This document shows, piece by piece, positions 20,567 through 29,989 of a stretch of DNA of 64,000 nucleotides. The stretch is taken from assembly GCA_964430885.1 (NCBI GenBank), contig CAYSHM010000007.1:67623-131622 (forward strand), in the 5' to 3' direction. The position numbers and the translations under genes were made by a program. Under the pieces are notes generated by a model. It worked only from the letters and a program-made list of their open reading frames with translations, made no database searches and was not told the DNA's origin. The first letter of the stretch is position 1. Every line of letters begins with the position of its first letter. Origin of the DNA: an uncultured archaeon. Lineage in GTDB: Archaea > Thermoplasmatota > Penumbrarchaeia > JASLWR01.

Positions 20567-21151
20567 TTAAAAATCGCCCTGGGAATCAATAAGGCCCTTC
20601 AGTATTATATCGGCTGATAGGTCAGGGGCAATTTCAGACGTATCAATTTCCAATTCAGCTTGGTTGTTCCTTTCATAGGGAACATCCACCCCAATGACAT
20701 CTCCCAAACCCGGAAAATATTTGCCTGTAGCTTTTCTTTCAAAGGCTTTTTCATACAATTCTCTCATTATTTCACCTCCATTCCTTTTTCCTTCCCGTTC
20801 CATACAGGTTTCAATAGGCGCTATGACGGAAACTTCGAAAAATGACGACATCAGTTCCCTTGCTTGAACACGGTATTTTTTCCTGTGAGCTGTAGCATCA
20901 ATAACTACATTGTTCCCCTTGGCTGTCAGAAGGTGAGCTATAAAAGTCAGCATTCCATAGGCTTTGTCCCTATCTTCATCGGTATAGCGTGGTTGGTCGA
21001 CCTCTGCAATCAACTCCTCCCTGAGAGAATCCATTTCCAGATGAATAAATCGGAAACCTCTATCCTTGGTCCTTCTTATAAATTCCCGGCTGATAGTGCT
21101 CTTTCCACTACCCGGTAATCCCGTTATCCAGATACAGGTCCCTTTCCTCAT
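20567..21151 (-). CDS. Adenylyl-sulfate kinase-like P-loop kinase (CysC family)
   Basis: IWITGLPGSGKST, 'VIDATAHR..YR..AR', 'F.EV.V.AP.E.C..R', 'GVDVPYE....EL.IDT'. The start is ATG 21151 or TTG 21169, overlapping the radB 3' end. Confidence 0.8.
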   Translation of the reverse strand: MRKGTCIWITGLPGSGKSTISREFIRRTKDRGFRFIHLEMDSLREELIAEVDQPRYTDEDRDKAYGMLTFIAHLLTAKGNNVVIDATAHRKKYRVQARELMSSFFEVSVIAPIETCMEREGKRNGGEIMRELYEKAFERKATGKYFPGLGDVIGVDVPYERNNQAELEIDTSEIAPDLSADIILKGLIDSQGDF

Positions 21152-21851
21152 GGAATTCAACATCCCCAAAAAGACTGTCAGTGGAAATTCCCGAGTCCAC
21201 TATCTCGAAATAGATGGAAATATTGCTCTTCATAGAACGATGTTTCAGAAGGATCGCTTTCCGTCTTCCCCCGGCAAGTCTCTTCAGCTGCATTACTGTT
21301 TTGGAGTTGTGGTCCACAACATGCCCGCCTATGGGTTTCAGTTTGTTCTCATCGATATCGGTATAAACCTGGTTAGTTATTAGCACGGGTAAATATTTCT
21401 GTCTTGCTAAAGACAATGATTCGATCATCATCTTTGCGAGAATCCTCCTTCCTTTTCTTCCATCGTTTGAACTGTCGCTGTAATATTTCCTATAAAAATT
21501 GGTCATGGAATCAACGACCATCAGGCCGACGTCGGTGGTATCTACAAGTTTTTTAGATTTCTCAACCGCTTCATATTGCTGTTCAAATGTATAGGGCTTG
21601 AAGAAGAGAACATTCCTGTTGATCCTGTCCGATTCTTCACCGAAAATCTGCTGCATCCTTACTGCAGATACTCCCTCTGTATCAATATAAATAACCCTTT
21701 TACCCGACTCTATACACTTCTTGACGAATTGAAGGCATATGTTTGTCTTTCCTGAACCGCCTTTACCGAAGAATTGGGTTATGGTCCCGTTTTCCAAACC
21801 GCCGCCCAATAACTCGTCCAGAGGCTGACAACCGCTTTTTAGATGTTTGAT
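21108..21851 (-). CDS. radB: DNA repair and recombination protein RadB
   Basis: SGC..LD.LLGGG.E.G.ITQFFG.GGSGKTN, YIDTEG.S..R, VVDSM, TNQVY, GG..V.H.SK and the RadB-specific KHR motif. The conserved N-terminus extends upstream of the called TTG (21809) to ATC at 21851. Confidence 0.93.
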   Translation of the reverse strand: MKHLKSGCQPLDELLGGGLENGTITQFFGKGGSGKTNICLQFVKKCIESGKRVIYIDTEGVSAVRMQQIFGEESDRINRNVLFFKPYTFEQQYEAVEKSKKLVDTTDVGLMVVDSMTNFYRKYYSDSSNDGRKGRRILAKMMIESLSLARQKYLPVLITNQVYTDIDENKLKPIGGHVVDHNSKTVMQLKRLAGGRRKAILLKHRSMKSNISIYFEIVDSGISTDSLFGDVEFHEERDLYLDNGITG

Positions 21852-22040
21852 ATCCTCTCCTCCGTTTCACTGATGATTTTTTAAATATTTGAATAGCTAT
21901 ATCAGACCAGATTACAGGTCGGAACCAAGCATTATTTCTTCATACCAATAGATCGACCTTAGTTAGCGGTCACTTCTATTCAGTCATCACGTTGAATCCG
22001 TCCTGAGGACTAACGGTCCATACCACCTTAGGGCACCAGG

Positions 22041-23453
22041 TCAATCAATACCTGGAATACCCTCCTGCTTGAACTTATCCCACTCCACAATATCCAGATC
22101 CTTTCCGACAATATAGAGCATTGTAGCGTAATTGAATTTCTTCGATATCATAACACCCAGTGAGGTATGGTATTTATCAACAAGGTCCTCCAGATGCTTG
22201 ATGTCATTCAGTTTGCACCTTTCCACCCATCCCACAAGAATTCGGCTACCGTCCCTTAATTGTGCCTTGAGAACCAAGTCATTTTCATCCCCAGTATCAA
22301 GATACATAACGTTTATTCCAGGCATATGTTCCTTGATCATTTCATATATATCCTTGTTCTCCGTGCTCCCGCCGTATGTTTCCTCCATCCATCCTTTTCG
22401 TTCACCTCTTGAGTGATCCATTAACGGTTCCAAGTTCGATAAAATATCCTGAATAGGCGGTTCAGATTTGGATATGGTCTCAATTTTACCGTAACTGTCT
22501 GATGCATGAGAATCCAGTTTTTGTTCAAGTGCTTTCTCTGAGCCTACATTTTTATGGGTATATTTGGGAAAACCGAAATTCTGCTCATCAAGCATGGGCA
22601 GGGGAATTTTACTGAAATCAATATTCTGAAGAGCGCTCAATTGGCTAATGGGTATCTTCATTAGTGCCTGAGTTATATCCACCCCCCGGGCTGATTTGTC
22701 AATACTGTCTTCCGGAACAGCTTTGGCGAGTTCATCGATAGTTCCTAATATAGAAGCAGATTCTATTGTATCCAATTCTTTTACTGGTGCGGGCATCTCG
22801 AAATCTACTTTCCTGGTCTCTATTGGCGGTTCGGCCTCACGGGGGACATCCCTAGGACTGGACTGAACATCAGCTTTGCCTTTGCCCTTGGGCTCCTCAT
22901 CCGATGTACTAAAAATATCATCCCGGGATAATCGAAGGTATCCGTCATCTAAAAGGAAATAGAACAGGCTGACATCTTCTGCGATATGGTACATGTTATT
23001 GAGTATGTTCTCTATGGGCTGATTCTGAAACTCACTGCTGGTTAAGGGTACTCTGATCATCAGACGTATCAAACTGAAAGTATCCTCCTCATCAATGAAC
23101 TCTTTGGTTATATAGGGCTTATCCAATATGGGTGAATAGAATTTGATATACTCCTTCTCACACCTTTCCCTCTCCACCGCAATCTCGCCCAATATCTCAG
23201 GAGGGATCAATTTATGGTCCTCACCGGATATCAAATAAACCCTGTCAAGGTCCATTAGGTCGTCAAGATTGAAAATTTCAACCATTGTTTCCAGATCATC
23301 GACTATATCCACATATTCCGATGCAGTTCTGATTACCAGAACCTCTGAACCCTCAATATTCCCCCGGGAATAATCCAAAGGCGCCATTCTGTCTCTTAAT
23401 TGATTTATTTCCGACAAACTGAGAAGTGTTTCATCGCTGTCATGATAGACCAT
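22041..23453 (-). CDS. Hypothetical protein with C-terminal restriction-endonuclease-like (Mrr-cat-like, apparently degenerate) domain
   Basis: 470-aa ORF with SD-like GGGTGTGA. The C-terminus 'DLVLK...ILVGWV...DIKHL..LV......GVMIS..F.......V...LDIVEW' follows the Mrr-cat secondary-structure pattern (by eye). Confidence 0.55.
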   Translation of the reverse strand: MVYHDSDETLLSLSEINQLRDRMAPLDYSRGNIEGSEVLVIRTASEYVDIVDDLETMVEIFNLDDLMDLDRVYLISGEDHKLIPPEILGEIAVERERCEKEYIKFYSPILDKPYITKEFIDEEDTFSLIRLMIRVPLTSSEFQNQPIENILNNMYHIAEDVSLFYFLLDDGYLRLSRDDIFSTSDEEPKGKGKADVQSSPRDVPREAEPPIETRKVDFEMPAPVKELDTIESASILGTIDELAKAVPEDSIDKSARGVDITQALMKIPISQLSALQNIDFSKIPLPMLDEQNFGFPKYTHKNVGSEKALEQKLDSHASDSYGKIETISKSEPPIQDILSNLEPLMDHSRGERKGWMEETYGGSTENKDIYEMIKEHMPGINVMYLDTGDENDLVLKAQLRDGSRILVGWVERCKLNDIKHLEDLVDKYHTSLGVMISKKFNYATMLYIVGKDLDIVEWDKFKQEGIPGID

Positions 23454-23702
23454 ACTATTTCACACCCGCATAAAAAATTGGATTGCTATGTTAGATCATA
23501 AGCCTGATTTAGGTTATGAATAATCATTCTTTTCTTAGCCCTAAGAAATCGGCTCTTTAATGATTATTAACTGTAAGTTATATCTTTTTGGGTCGTACTA
23601 TCCAAAAACTTTTCAATGTTGTTTTTATGCAGATAATTAAGATAATGGATATAACATGTTTTATAAACTGATAGCGGTATCAGATTATCAAGGAGGTATT
23701 AC

Positions 23703-24116
23703 ATGTCCCTGCAGAGAGTCGGCATCTCACTGGAAGATGAACTATTGAAAAAATTCGACGAACATATGCTGAATAAGGGTTATACCAATAGGTCGGAAGC
23801 AGTAAGAGATATTATCAGAAAAAACCTGATAGAAGGTGTGGTGATAAACGATAAGAATGTGAATGTTTTCGGTACGTTGACCATAATCTTCAATCATCAT
23901 TCCAGTGAGGTCAACAAGAGACTGACCCAGCTTCAGCATCATAATGTTGAGCAGATAATATCTACAACACATATTCATGTAGATGAGGACATGTGTCTAG
24001 AGGTTTTACTTCTGAAAGGAATGGGGGGGACAATAGAGGAGTTAGCCAACAGTATAATGGCCATAAAGGGAGTTTTGCACGGCGGGCTGGTCATCACTGG
24101 ATCAATAATTGGTTAA
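23703..24116 (+). CDS. nikR: Nickel-responsive transcriptional regulator NikR
   Basis: RHH 'RVGISL...LL..FD....KGY.NRSEAVRD.IR'; Ni-site 'QH...ISTTHIH.D...CLEV'; SD AGGAGGT. Confidence 0.95.
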   Translation: MSLQRVGISLEDELLKKFDEHMLNKGYTNRSEAVRDIIRKNLIEGVVINDKNVNVFGTLTIIFNHHSSEVNKRLTQLQHHNVEQIISTTHIHVDEDMCLEVLLLKGMGGTIEELANSIMAIKGVLHGGLVITGSIIG

Positions 24117-24220
24117 GGGGCGGTTTTTGATTTATCGATCGCCGCCAAGTTTTGGAACTATCTGTGAATTCTCGATTGAGATGATATTTGATTATCTTTC
24201 TGGAAGAAAAAAAACCACAC

Positions 24221-24248
24221 TTTTTATAAAATATAACGGCGTTATATT
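24221..24248 (+). promoter_or_regulatory. TATA box followed by a perfect palindrome (putative operator)
   Basis: TTTTTATAAA (24221-24230), preceded by an A-rich BRE-like tract and abutting AATATAACG-G-CGTTATATT (24230-24248). Confidence 0.5.
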
Positions 24249-24422
24249 GAAGTGTGCATGTTGTTTTCCTATAGGCTAATTAGGGCTCTTATGAGCCCTC
24301 TGGACATAGAATAAAATCATTAAATTAGGTTTATAACAACAATTTTAAATACATTATATTAGTGATGTACCGTGTTATAATAGGAAAAAAACATGCCTGT
24401 ACAAATAGGAGGAAATTATCAC

Positions 24423-27400
24423 ATGGTAAAGAGTTCAAGAATATTTTTCAATTATTTTTTATTAAGCGTTAGTATTGTCGTTTTGACCATGGGCGTGTTC
24501 AATATCGATCTTTCATCCAATGCGGATATCGATAAATTATCAGAAACGGATAATGTCAGCAGCATTGCAGATAAAATAGATAATAACATCCGTTCATCTG
24601 ATAAGGTCACGGTCATGTTCGATGACGCCCATTTTCCAGCTTATACCGCCGACCCTGCCAATGATGCGGATGAATCGGTAGGCGGCTGTGCCGGGGGATA
24701 CAGTGATTTCGCCGATGTCCTCAGGGACCCTCTGGGAATGCAGGCCTCCCACCCAGGCCACCAGTTCATAACTGACAATACCTATGAAGTAATCTCCTTG
24801 ATGGAAGGAGAGACTATGACCGATGAGGCGCTAAAGGACGTAGAGGTTCTCATCGTACCCTGTTCGTTCAATCAGTACTCCACAAGTGAGGTGGATGCAA
24901 TTGAAAAATTCGTAAAGGAAGGTGGAGGGCTTTTCCTCATAGCGGACCATTCCAACTTTGCCAACGCAATGGATGATATCGCCTGGAGATTCCATGTGAG
25001 GTGGGCTCATGATGTGGTGACTGACAGCAACGATTATACTGGCCCCTACAACTACTGGATCGTTTGGGAGGATAACGGAATTCCCGGGGATGACAATATG
25101 CCACTCAACAACAACCCTGGATACCAGAACGACCCGGATGAGATCTGGCAGATCACTCAATATGCACCAACTGTACAATACTATTGTTCCAACGCTTATG
25201 TCTATGAGAACCCTGCTGAATCCATAGCTGTCATTGCCACCGACACAGATGGAACATCCAATTATTATGGTGAACCGGCTTGTTTGGCTATACCCAATGG
25301 GAATGTTACTGGAGCTGGAAAGGCCGTATTTATCACTGACTCTAACGTTTTTGGAGATATGTGGTATCAGTGGGGCAATCCGGACGGAGATTGTGATGAT
25401 GATGGAATAAAGGATTTCTGGGACGAGCACAATGCCGAGTTCGGTCTTGGAGTTGTGGATTGGTTGGCTCCAGATGCCTATGAGATAGGTTTGATATCCG
25501 GCGAAAAGGATCCCGATTCAGGACTGCCAAAACCTCTGGTGCACATGTACGAACCCGGGGAAACACATACCTATAAGATTGAGGTTTGGAACCTCGGATT
25601 GAGAAAAGACACAATCGAACTGGAGATCCCTGAGGTTGAGGAAGGTTGGTCGGCTTCACTGGATAAGTTGGTGACAAGGGAGATGGGGCCCCGCAACAAA
25701 GAGATCGTCAATCTAACTATCACAGCTCCCTGGACAAATCTCACTGACGGGGAATACGCTCTCATAAACGTTACCGCCACTTCAATTAACGATCCTGAGA
25801 ACGCCACCGATGATATTACCTCAACTAACATCGTCTCTGTTGATATCGGTTTCAATTTGGATTGGTCTGTGGAAGAGGATGATTACGGTGAGAAAAAGAA
25901 GGAAGTGGATCCCGGAAAGACTTCCATCATATCTTTGGGAGTAAAGAATATCGGTAATGTGAATGATTCGTACGTTATCCGTCTTCAGGGTGTTCCCAAG
26001 GGCTGGGACGTGTCCTTGGATACATCAGCAAATCCTGAATGGGACTTTAACGGTGTTACAAAGACTGTCAAGGGGGTTACAGTTCCCGCAAGAAGTTTCG
26101 AGAACAATCAAACCTACCTGCGTTTCTCCGTAAGAGCGCCCATTGATGCACATGAAGGAATGAATGCTCTTATCAATGCCATTGGGGAATCAGTTCTGGC
26201 AAATTCCACAGGTCAGGATGCCCAAGGCGACCATGATGACGAAGTAAAATTGATCGTTTCATCAAATAGAATGGTTGAACTTTATTGCGAAGATGATGAA
26301 CTTCATGTTGATCCGGGCAAGAGCGTCAGCTTTCTGGTATCGGTCAAGAACAACGGCAATGGACAGGAAAAGGTTGAGCTGAGTATGGGGAGCCTTATAA
26401 GCGATTGGACCGGCAGTATTAGTTCTCCTACTGTCATCCTGCAGCCAAGACAGAAGAAGATCGTCCGGATAACCCTTACAGCACCTGAAACGGCTCGGGA
26501 AGGATCCAGATGCGTGGTAAAACTGGAAGTGAGGATGCACCAGCAGAAAAATATTGCAGACGACCTCGCGCTGACAGCCATTGTCAACCAATATCAAAAG
26601 ATCAATGCAACCATTATAGGGACCAAATCATTCAACGTTGACCCCGGAAAGGAATTCACCTTCAACATCTCCATATCAAATGAAGGGAACGGCATAGTCC
26701 AGGTCACTACTGATATGATTCAGCTGGCCGAAGGGTGGGAATACGAGTTCATATTCGATGGTGAAGAGGTAAAGAACTTCAAGATGGAAGCCTTCCAGAC
26801 AATAGAGGTAACTGTCAGTATAAAGGTCCCATCTAATGCACTAGCAGATTCAGATCTATCCCTGCCGGGACTGAACGCCTATCCCATTGGACTCAATGTC
26901 ACTTGCGATGAAAAATATATACAACTACTTGCTTCAGCTACGGTCAAGCGAAAATCTGATCTCGAAGTAATTTGGATACCGGATACCGCCGAGAAGACCT
27001 TTGACGGCTATAAGCTAGTATCCGAACCCGGAGGGGAAGTGCAGTTCCTCATAAGAGTTAAAAACAATGGGAATGCCTGGGATGAGGTGAAACTTGACAT
27101 CAAGGATACTCCATTGTATCTTGATCCCAATACCTTACTGGAGCGGCCGTGGGACATTTACTTCTCATCGCTATCTTTCAGGGAACATACATCGGTTGAA
27201 TACGGAGTTACAGAGCTGGATTTCACCCGCCTTATCGATGTGACCGATTTGGACACTCGGCCTCAGTATATACCAAACAACACTAAAACAGAGATGATGT
27301 CCACAACTGACATTTCACTCCGGATTCCTTACAGGACCACTTTATGGGTTTCAGTCACTGTAAAAATTCCGGACAGCGTTGCGGCCGAGGACACCTATTT

Positions 27401-27923
27401 CGTTGTGTCGTCCAAATGTATCAATAATGTTGCCCTGACCATTGATGATATAACCTGCCCTCTAAGTGTACGGAATGTGGAATTGACCATCAGTTCAAAG
27501 ATCATACTTCCATCCAGCGTGAAGGCAGGGGAACTGGTCTCGGTCTCTGTTCAGGTAGGAAATATGGGTGAAATAATGGCCAAGAATGTCATCGTCCGCC
27601 TGTATGCTGATGGAAAGCTTGTAGAAAATATCCCTGTTGAAACCATACTCAAGGGGGAGACACAGCTCGTATCCTTCATCTGGAAAGTCCCCGACAAGGA
27701 GGAATGCAAGCTCACTGTCACTGTGGACCCTGACAATTTCATAGTTGAGAAGAATGAGGGTAACAACACAAGGAGTAAAACAGTATCCATATCGGGCTCA
27801 TCAGGATTTCTGAAATTCATGCAGCCTGACACAGTGGTGCCAGTCCTATTGGTCCTAGCTCTGCTTGGAGTTGGAATATTCGGATTACTCCAATTGAAAA
27901 AAAGAGGATGGAGTCCGCTTTAG
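24423..27923 (+). CDS. Surface protein: GATase-fold (DUF4350/GldG-IFT52-like) domain + COG1470/NEW3-like Ig repeats + CARDB + TM anchor
   Basis: 'VMFDDAH...GYSDFA..L', 'EVDAIEKFVKEGGGLFLIADH', 'GKAVFITDSNVF'; repeated 'V.PG....F...V.N.GN..D/E...L......GW'; CARDB 'VDPDN.I.E.NE.NN'; C-terminal TM followed by KKR; SD AGGAGG before ATG at 24423. Confidence 0.8.
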   Translation: MVKSSRIFFNYFLLSVSIVVLTMGVFNIDLSSNADIDKLSETDNVSSIADKIDNNIRSSDKVTVMFDDAHFPAYTADPANDADESVGGCAGGYSDFADVLRDPLGMQASHPGHQFITDNTYEVISLMEGETMTDEALKDVEVLIVPCSFNQYSTSEVDAIEKFVKEGGGLFLIADHSNFANAMDDIAWRFHVRWAHDVVTDSNDYTGPYNYWIVWEDNGIPGDDNMPLNNNPGYQNDPDEIWQITQYAPTVQYYCSNAYVYENPAESIAVIATDTDGTSNYYGEPACLAIPNGNVTGAGKAVFITDSNVFGDMWYQWGNPDGDCDDDGIKDFWDEHNAEFGLGVVDWLAPDAYEIGLISGEKDPDSGLPKPLVHMYEPGETHTYKIEVWNLGLRKDTIELEIPEVEEGWSASLDKLVTREMGPRNKEIVNLTITAPWTNLTDGEYALINVTATSINDPENATDDITSTNIVSVDIGFNLDWSVEEDDYGEKKKEVDPGKTSIISLGVKNIGNVNDSYVIRLQGVPKGWDVSLDTSANPEWDFNGVTKTVKGVTVPARSFENNQTYLRFSVRAPIDAHEGMNALINAIGESVLANSTGQDAQGDHDDEVKLIVSSNRMVELYCEDDELHVDPGKSVSFLVSVKNNGNGQEKVELSMGSLISDWTGSISSPTVILQPRQKKIVRITLTAPETAREGSRCVVKLEVRMHQQKNIADDLALTAIVNQYQKINATIIGTKSFNVDPGKEFTFNISISNEGNGIVQVTTDMIQLAEGWEYEFIFDGEEVKNFKMEAFQTIEVTVSIKVPSNALADSDLSLPGLNAYPIGLNVTCDEKYIQLLASATVKRKSDLEVIWIPDTAEKTFDGYKLVSEPGGEVQFLIRVKNNGNAWDEVKLDIKDTPLYLDPNTLLERPWDIYFSSLSFREHTSVEYGVTELDFTRLIDVTDLDTRPQYIPNNTKTEMMSTTDISLRIPYRTTLWVSVTVKIPDSVAAEDTYFVVSSKCINNVALTIDDITCPLSVRNVELTISSKIILPSSVKAGELVSVSVQVGNMGEIMAKNVIVRLYADGKLVENIPVETILKGETQLVSFIWKVPDKEECKLTVTVDPDNFIVEKNEGNNTRSKTVSISGSSGFLKFMQPDTVVPVLLVLALLGVGIFGLLQLKKRGWSPL

Positions 27924-28099
27924 ATAAGGATACAGAACCAAGATGTTCAGAATTCATGAAAACAGGGTATGAAGTGCTCTCCTTATGAAGAATGGATTTT
28001 GTAGATTCTTTTTAAATTCGGACATTTTGTATTGGGACAAATATAAATATATTGTAATTGATATATAATTCCAAATCAAATAAAAATAAAGGTGATAAA

Positions 28100-28333
28100 A
28101 TGGCAATTGGTTTTGTACTTATCAGCACAGCTCCCGCAAAGGAACATGAAGTATATAATAAACTGAAGAAGCTCAAGGGCATAAAAGAACTCCATCCGCT
28201 TTTCGGAGAATATGATCTAATAGCTAAGATCGAATGCAAGAGCTTTGATGAACTAGGTGAGATAGTAGTTGACGGAATAAGGACAATCCCAGGTGTTATC
28301 GATACGAAAACATTGACTGGTATAAGGTTCTGA
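28100..28333 (+). CDS. Stand-alone Lrp/AsnC ligand-binding (RAM) domain protein
   Basis: MAIGFVLI...P.KE.EV...L...E.H.LFGEYDLIAK.E...IR.IPGV.DT.TL; no HTH; SD GGTGA. Confidence 0.92.
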   Translation: MAIGFVLISTAPAKEHEVYNKLKKLKGIKELHPLFGEYDLIAKIECKSFDELGEIVVDGIRTIPGVIDTKTLTGIRF

Positions 28334-28491
28334 TCAATAACTGCCACTTCTATCCAAAATTTTCCCGAAATGATAACTGCTGTGGTCTAAATATCAATTC
28401 AATACCGCAATAAGTTTTCCTTAGGAAAAATTTAATATAAAAGATTGAGGTTCAATCCAAAAGACATAATAAAAAATACAAGGTGTGGATA

Positions 28492-28800
28492 ATGGAAATT
28501 TTGCCCCTGTTTCTCGTAAGTTTGATTCTATGGTTAGGTGCGGTTCTACTCGGTACCGGGCTCTTTACAACATATTTCGGTGCCGGTAAAAGCAGGATCA
28601 TTGGACTGGTTATATTCATTCTAGGTGCTGGCATTGTAGCGTTCATAGTACTGACCCAGGTTCCATCAGACGGTCCAATACTGGCTATAGATTACTTCAG
28701 CGAAGTGGACATCCTGCCTCACCTGGTAGGTATTGCTGGTGCAATACTGGGAGCAGTAATCGGATTGCTCTTATTCCTTTTCAGTTTGATGAAAGCCTGA
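28492..28800 (+). CDS. Small 3-TM membrane protein
   Basis: Three hydrophobic helices; 'GLFTTYFGAGKSRIIG' loop; SD AGGTG. Confidence 0.8.
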   Translation: MEILPLFLVSLILWLGAVLLGTGLFTTYFGAGKSRIIGLVIFILGAGIVAFIVLTQVPSDGPILAIDYFSEVDILPHLVGIAGAILGAVIGLLLFLFSLMKA

Positions 28801-28861
28801 ATTGATATCAAATTGTCTTGTCTTAGAATGATCCTTAATTTGATAATTCTGTTGTGTCCTC

Positions 28862-29965
28862 ATGAGGGTATCTCAATTAGGTGAGAGGAAACTGGTCCAA
28901 ATAGCCAGTGAGGTTTTTCTAAAGAATGGGCTCTGCAAGGGTACTGCCCTATCCATTGGCGACGATGCTGCAGGGATAAGTTTTGACGAGACTATAGAAA
29001 AAAAAACTGGAAATCTTATTCTGCTGGTCTCCAGCGATATGTGCTATTCCGACACCCATTTCCCCGAGGGCTCACCTCCATTTCTGTGCGGATGGTACAG
29101 TGCAGCTGTGAACCTATCAGACATTGCGGCAATGGGCGGTAGGGCAGTGAGCATGATACTGGATATCGGGCTCCCCGAGGATTACCCCGTGGATTATTTC
29201 AGGGAGGTTTTGGAAGGATTCAATGAATGCTGCAGATATTACGGCGTGCAGGTAATTGGGGGCGATACAAAATATACCCCTAGTCTTCTTCTGGCGGCAA
29301 CTGTCCTCGGCAGTGTTGATGAAAAAAATATGCTGAGAAGAAAAGGGTGCCGCAGTGGCGATTCCCTCTATGTAACTGGTAAAATCGGTTCAAGTATTAC
29401 TGCCCTTTTCGGTATCAATAAATACATTTATAGAAGGAGAAAAGATACTGTAGGAGCAGATGGATCGGAAACAAATCCGAAGAAATACTATTGGAAAGTT
29501 GATGTGAACGATCCAGAACATATTGATTATGAAACATTGCTCAAAGTAAAACCCTGCCTGGACACCGGGATTAAACTCGCAGCTACTGGTAAGGTCACAA
29601 GCTGCATGGATAATTCCGACGGATTGGCTGTTACTCTTCACACCCTTTCAAAAGAAAATCAGATCGGATTCCGAATCTTCGCTGAGAATATACCTCTGAA
29701 TAATAAATGCGGTAAGAATTTGCAAGACATGATGGTATCAGATCATGACTCCTCATTTATGTGGAAAGCAGTTTATTCCGGCGGCGATTTCGGGTTGGTG
29801 TTCACAGCATCCTCAACAGCCGAGGCAGAGGAATCATTTCGACGGCTCATCTTAAATGGGGAGATAATCCGGATCGGAGAAGTCACTGATGATGATATCC
29901 TCATAGAAAAAGATGGAGAACTCAAATCCATTGAAAACAGAGGTTGGGAGCATCTCAAAAATTGA
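28862..29965 (+). CDS. thiL: Thiamine-monophosphate kinase
   Basis: LGE..L, IGDDAA, THFP, AVNLSDIAAMGG, IGGDT, MDNSDGL, GGDFGLVFT, GWEH. Confidence 0.93.
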   Translation: MRVSQLGERKLVQIASEVFLKNGLCKGTALSIGDDAAGISFDETIEKKTGNLILLVSSDMCYSDTHFPEGSPPFLCGWYSAAVNLSDIAAMGGRAVSMILDIGLPEDYPVDYFREVLEGFNECCRYYGVQVIGGDTKYTPSLLLAATVLGSVDEKNMLRRKGCRSGDSLYVTGKIGSSITALFGINKYIYRRRKDTVGADGSETNPKKYYWKVDVNDPEHIDYETLLKVKPCLDTGIKLAATGKVTSCMDNSDGLAVTLHTLSKENQIGFRIFAENIPLNNKCGKNLQDMMVSDHDSSFMWKAVYSGGDFGLVFTASSTAEAEESFRRLILNGEIIRIGEVTDDDILIEKDGELKSIENRGWEHLKN

Positions 29966-29989
29966 TCTATTCTGGCCCACGGGAGATGG

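Noticed and set aside
20567-21151. Kinase as PSTK (Sec pathway)
   Set aside because: It has the CysC-type G.D.PYE...E..IDT C-terminus and lacks PSTK's extra C-terminal domain; no sel genes are in the window.
21915-21931. CAGGTCGGAACCAAGCA, resembling SRP RNA helix 8
   Set aside because: The bases flanking GGAA do not pair, and the spacer is too short for a ~300-nt archaeal SRP RNA.
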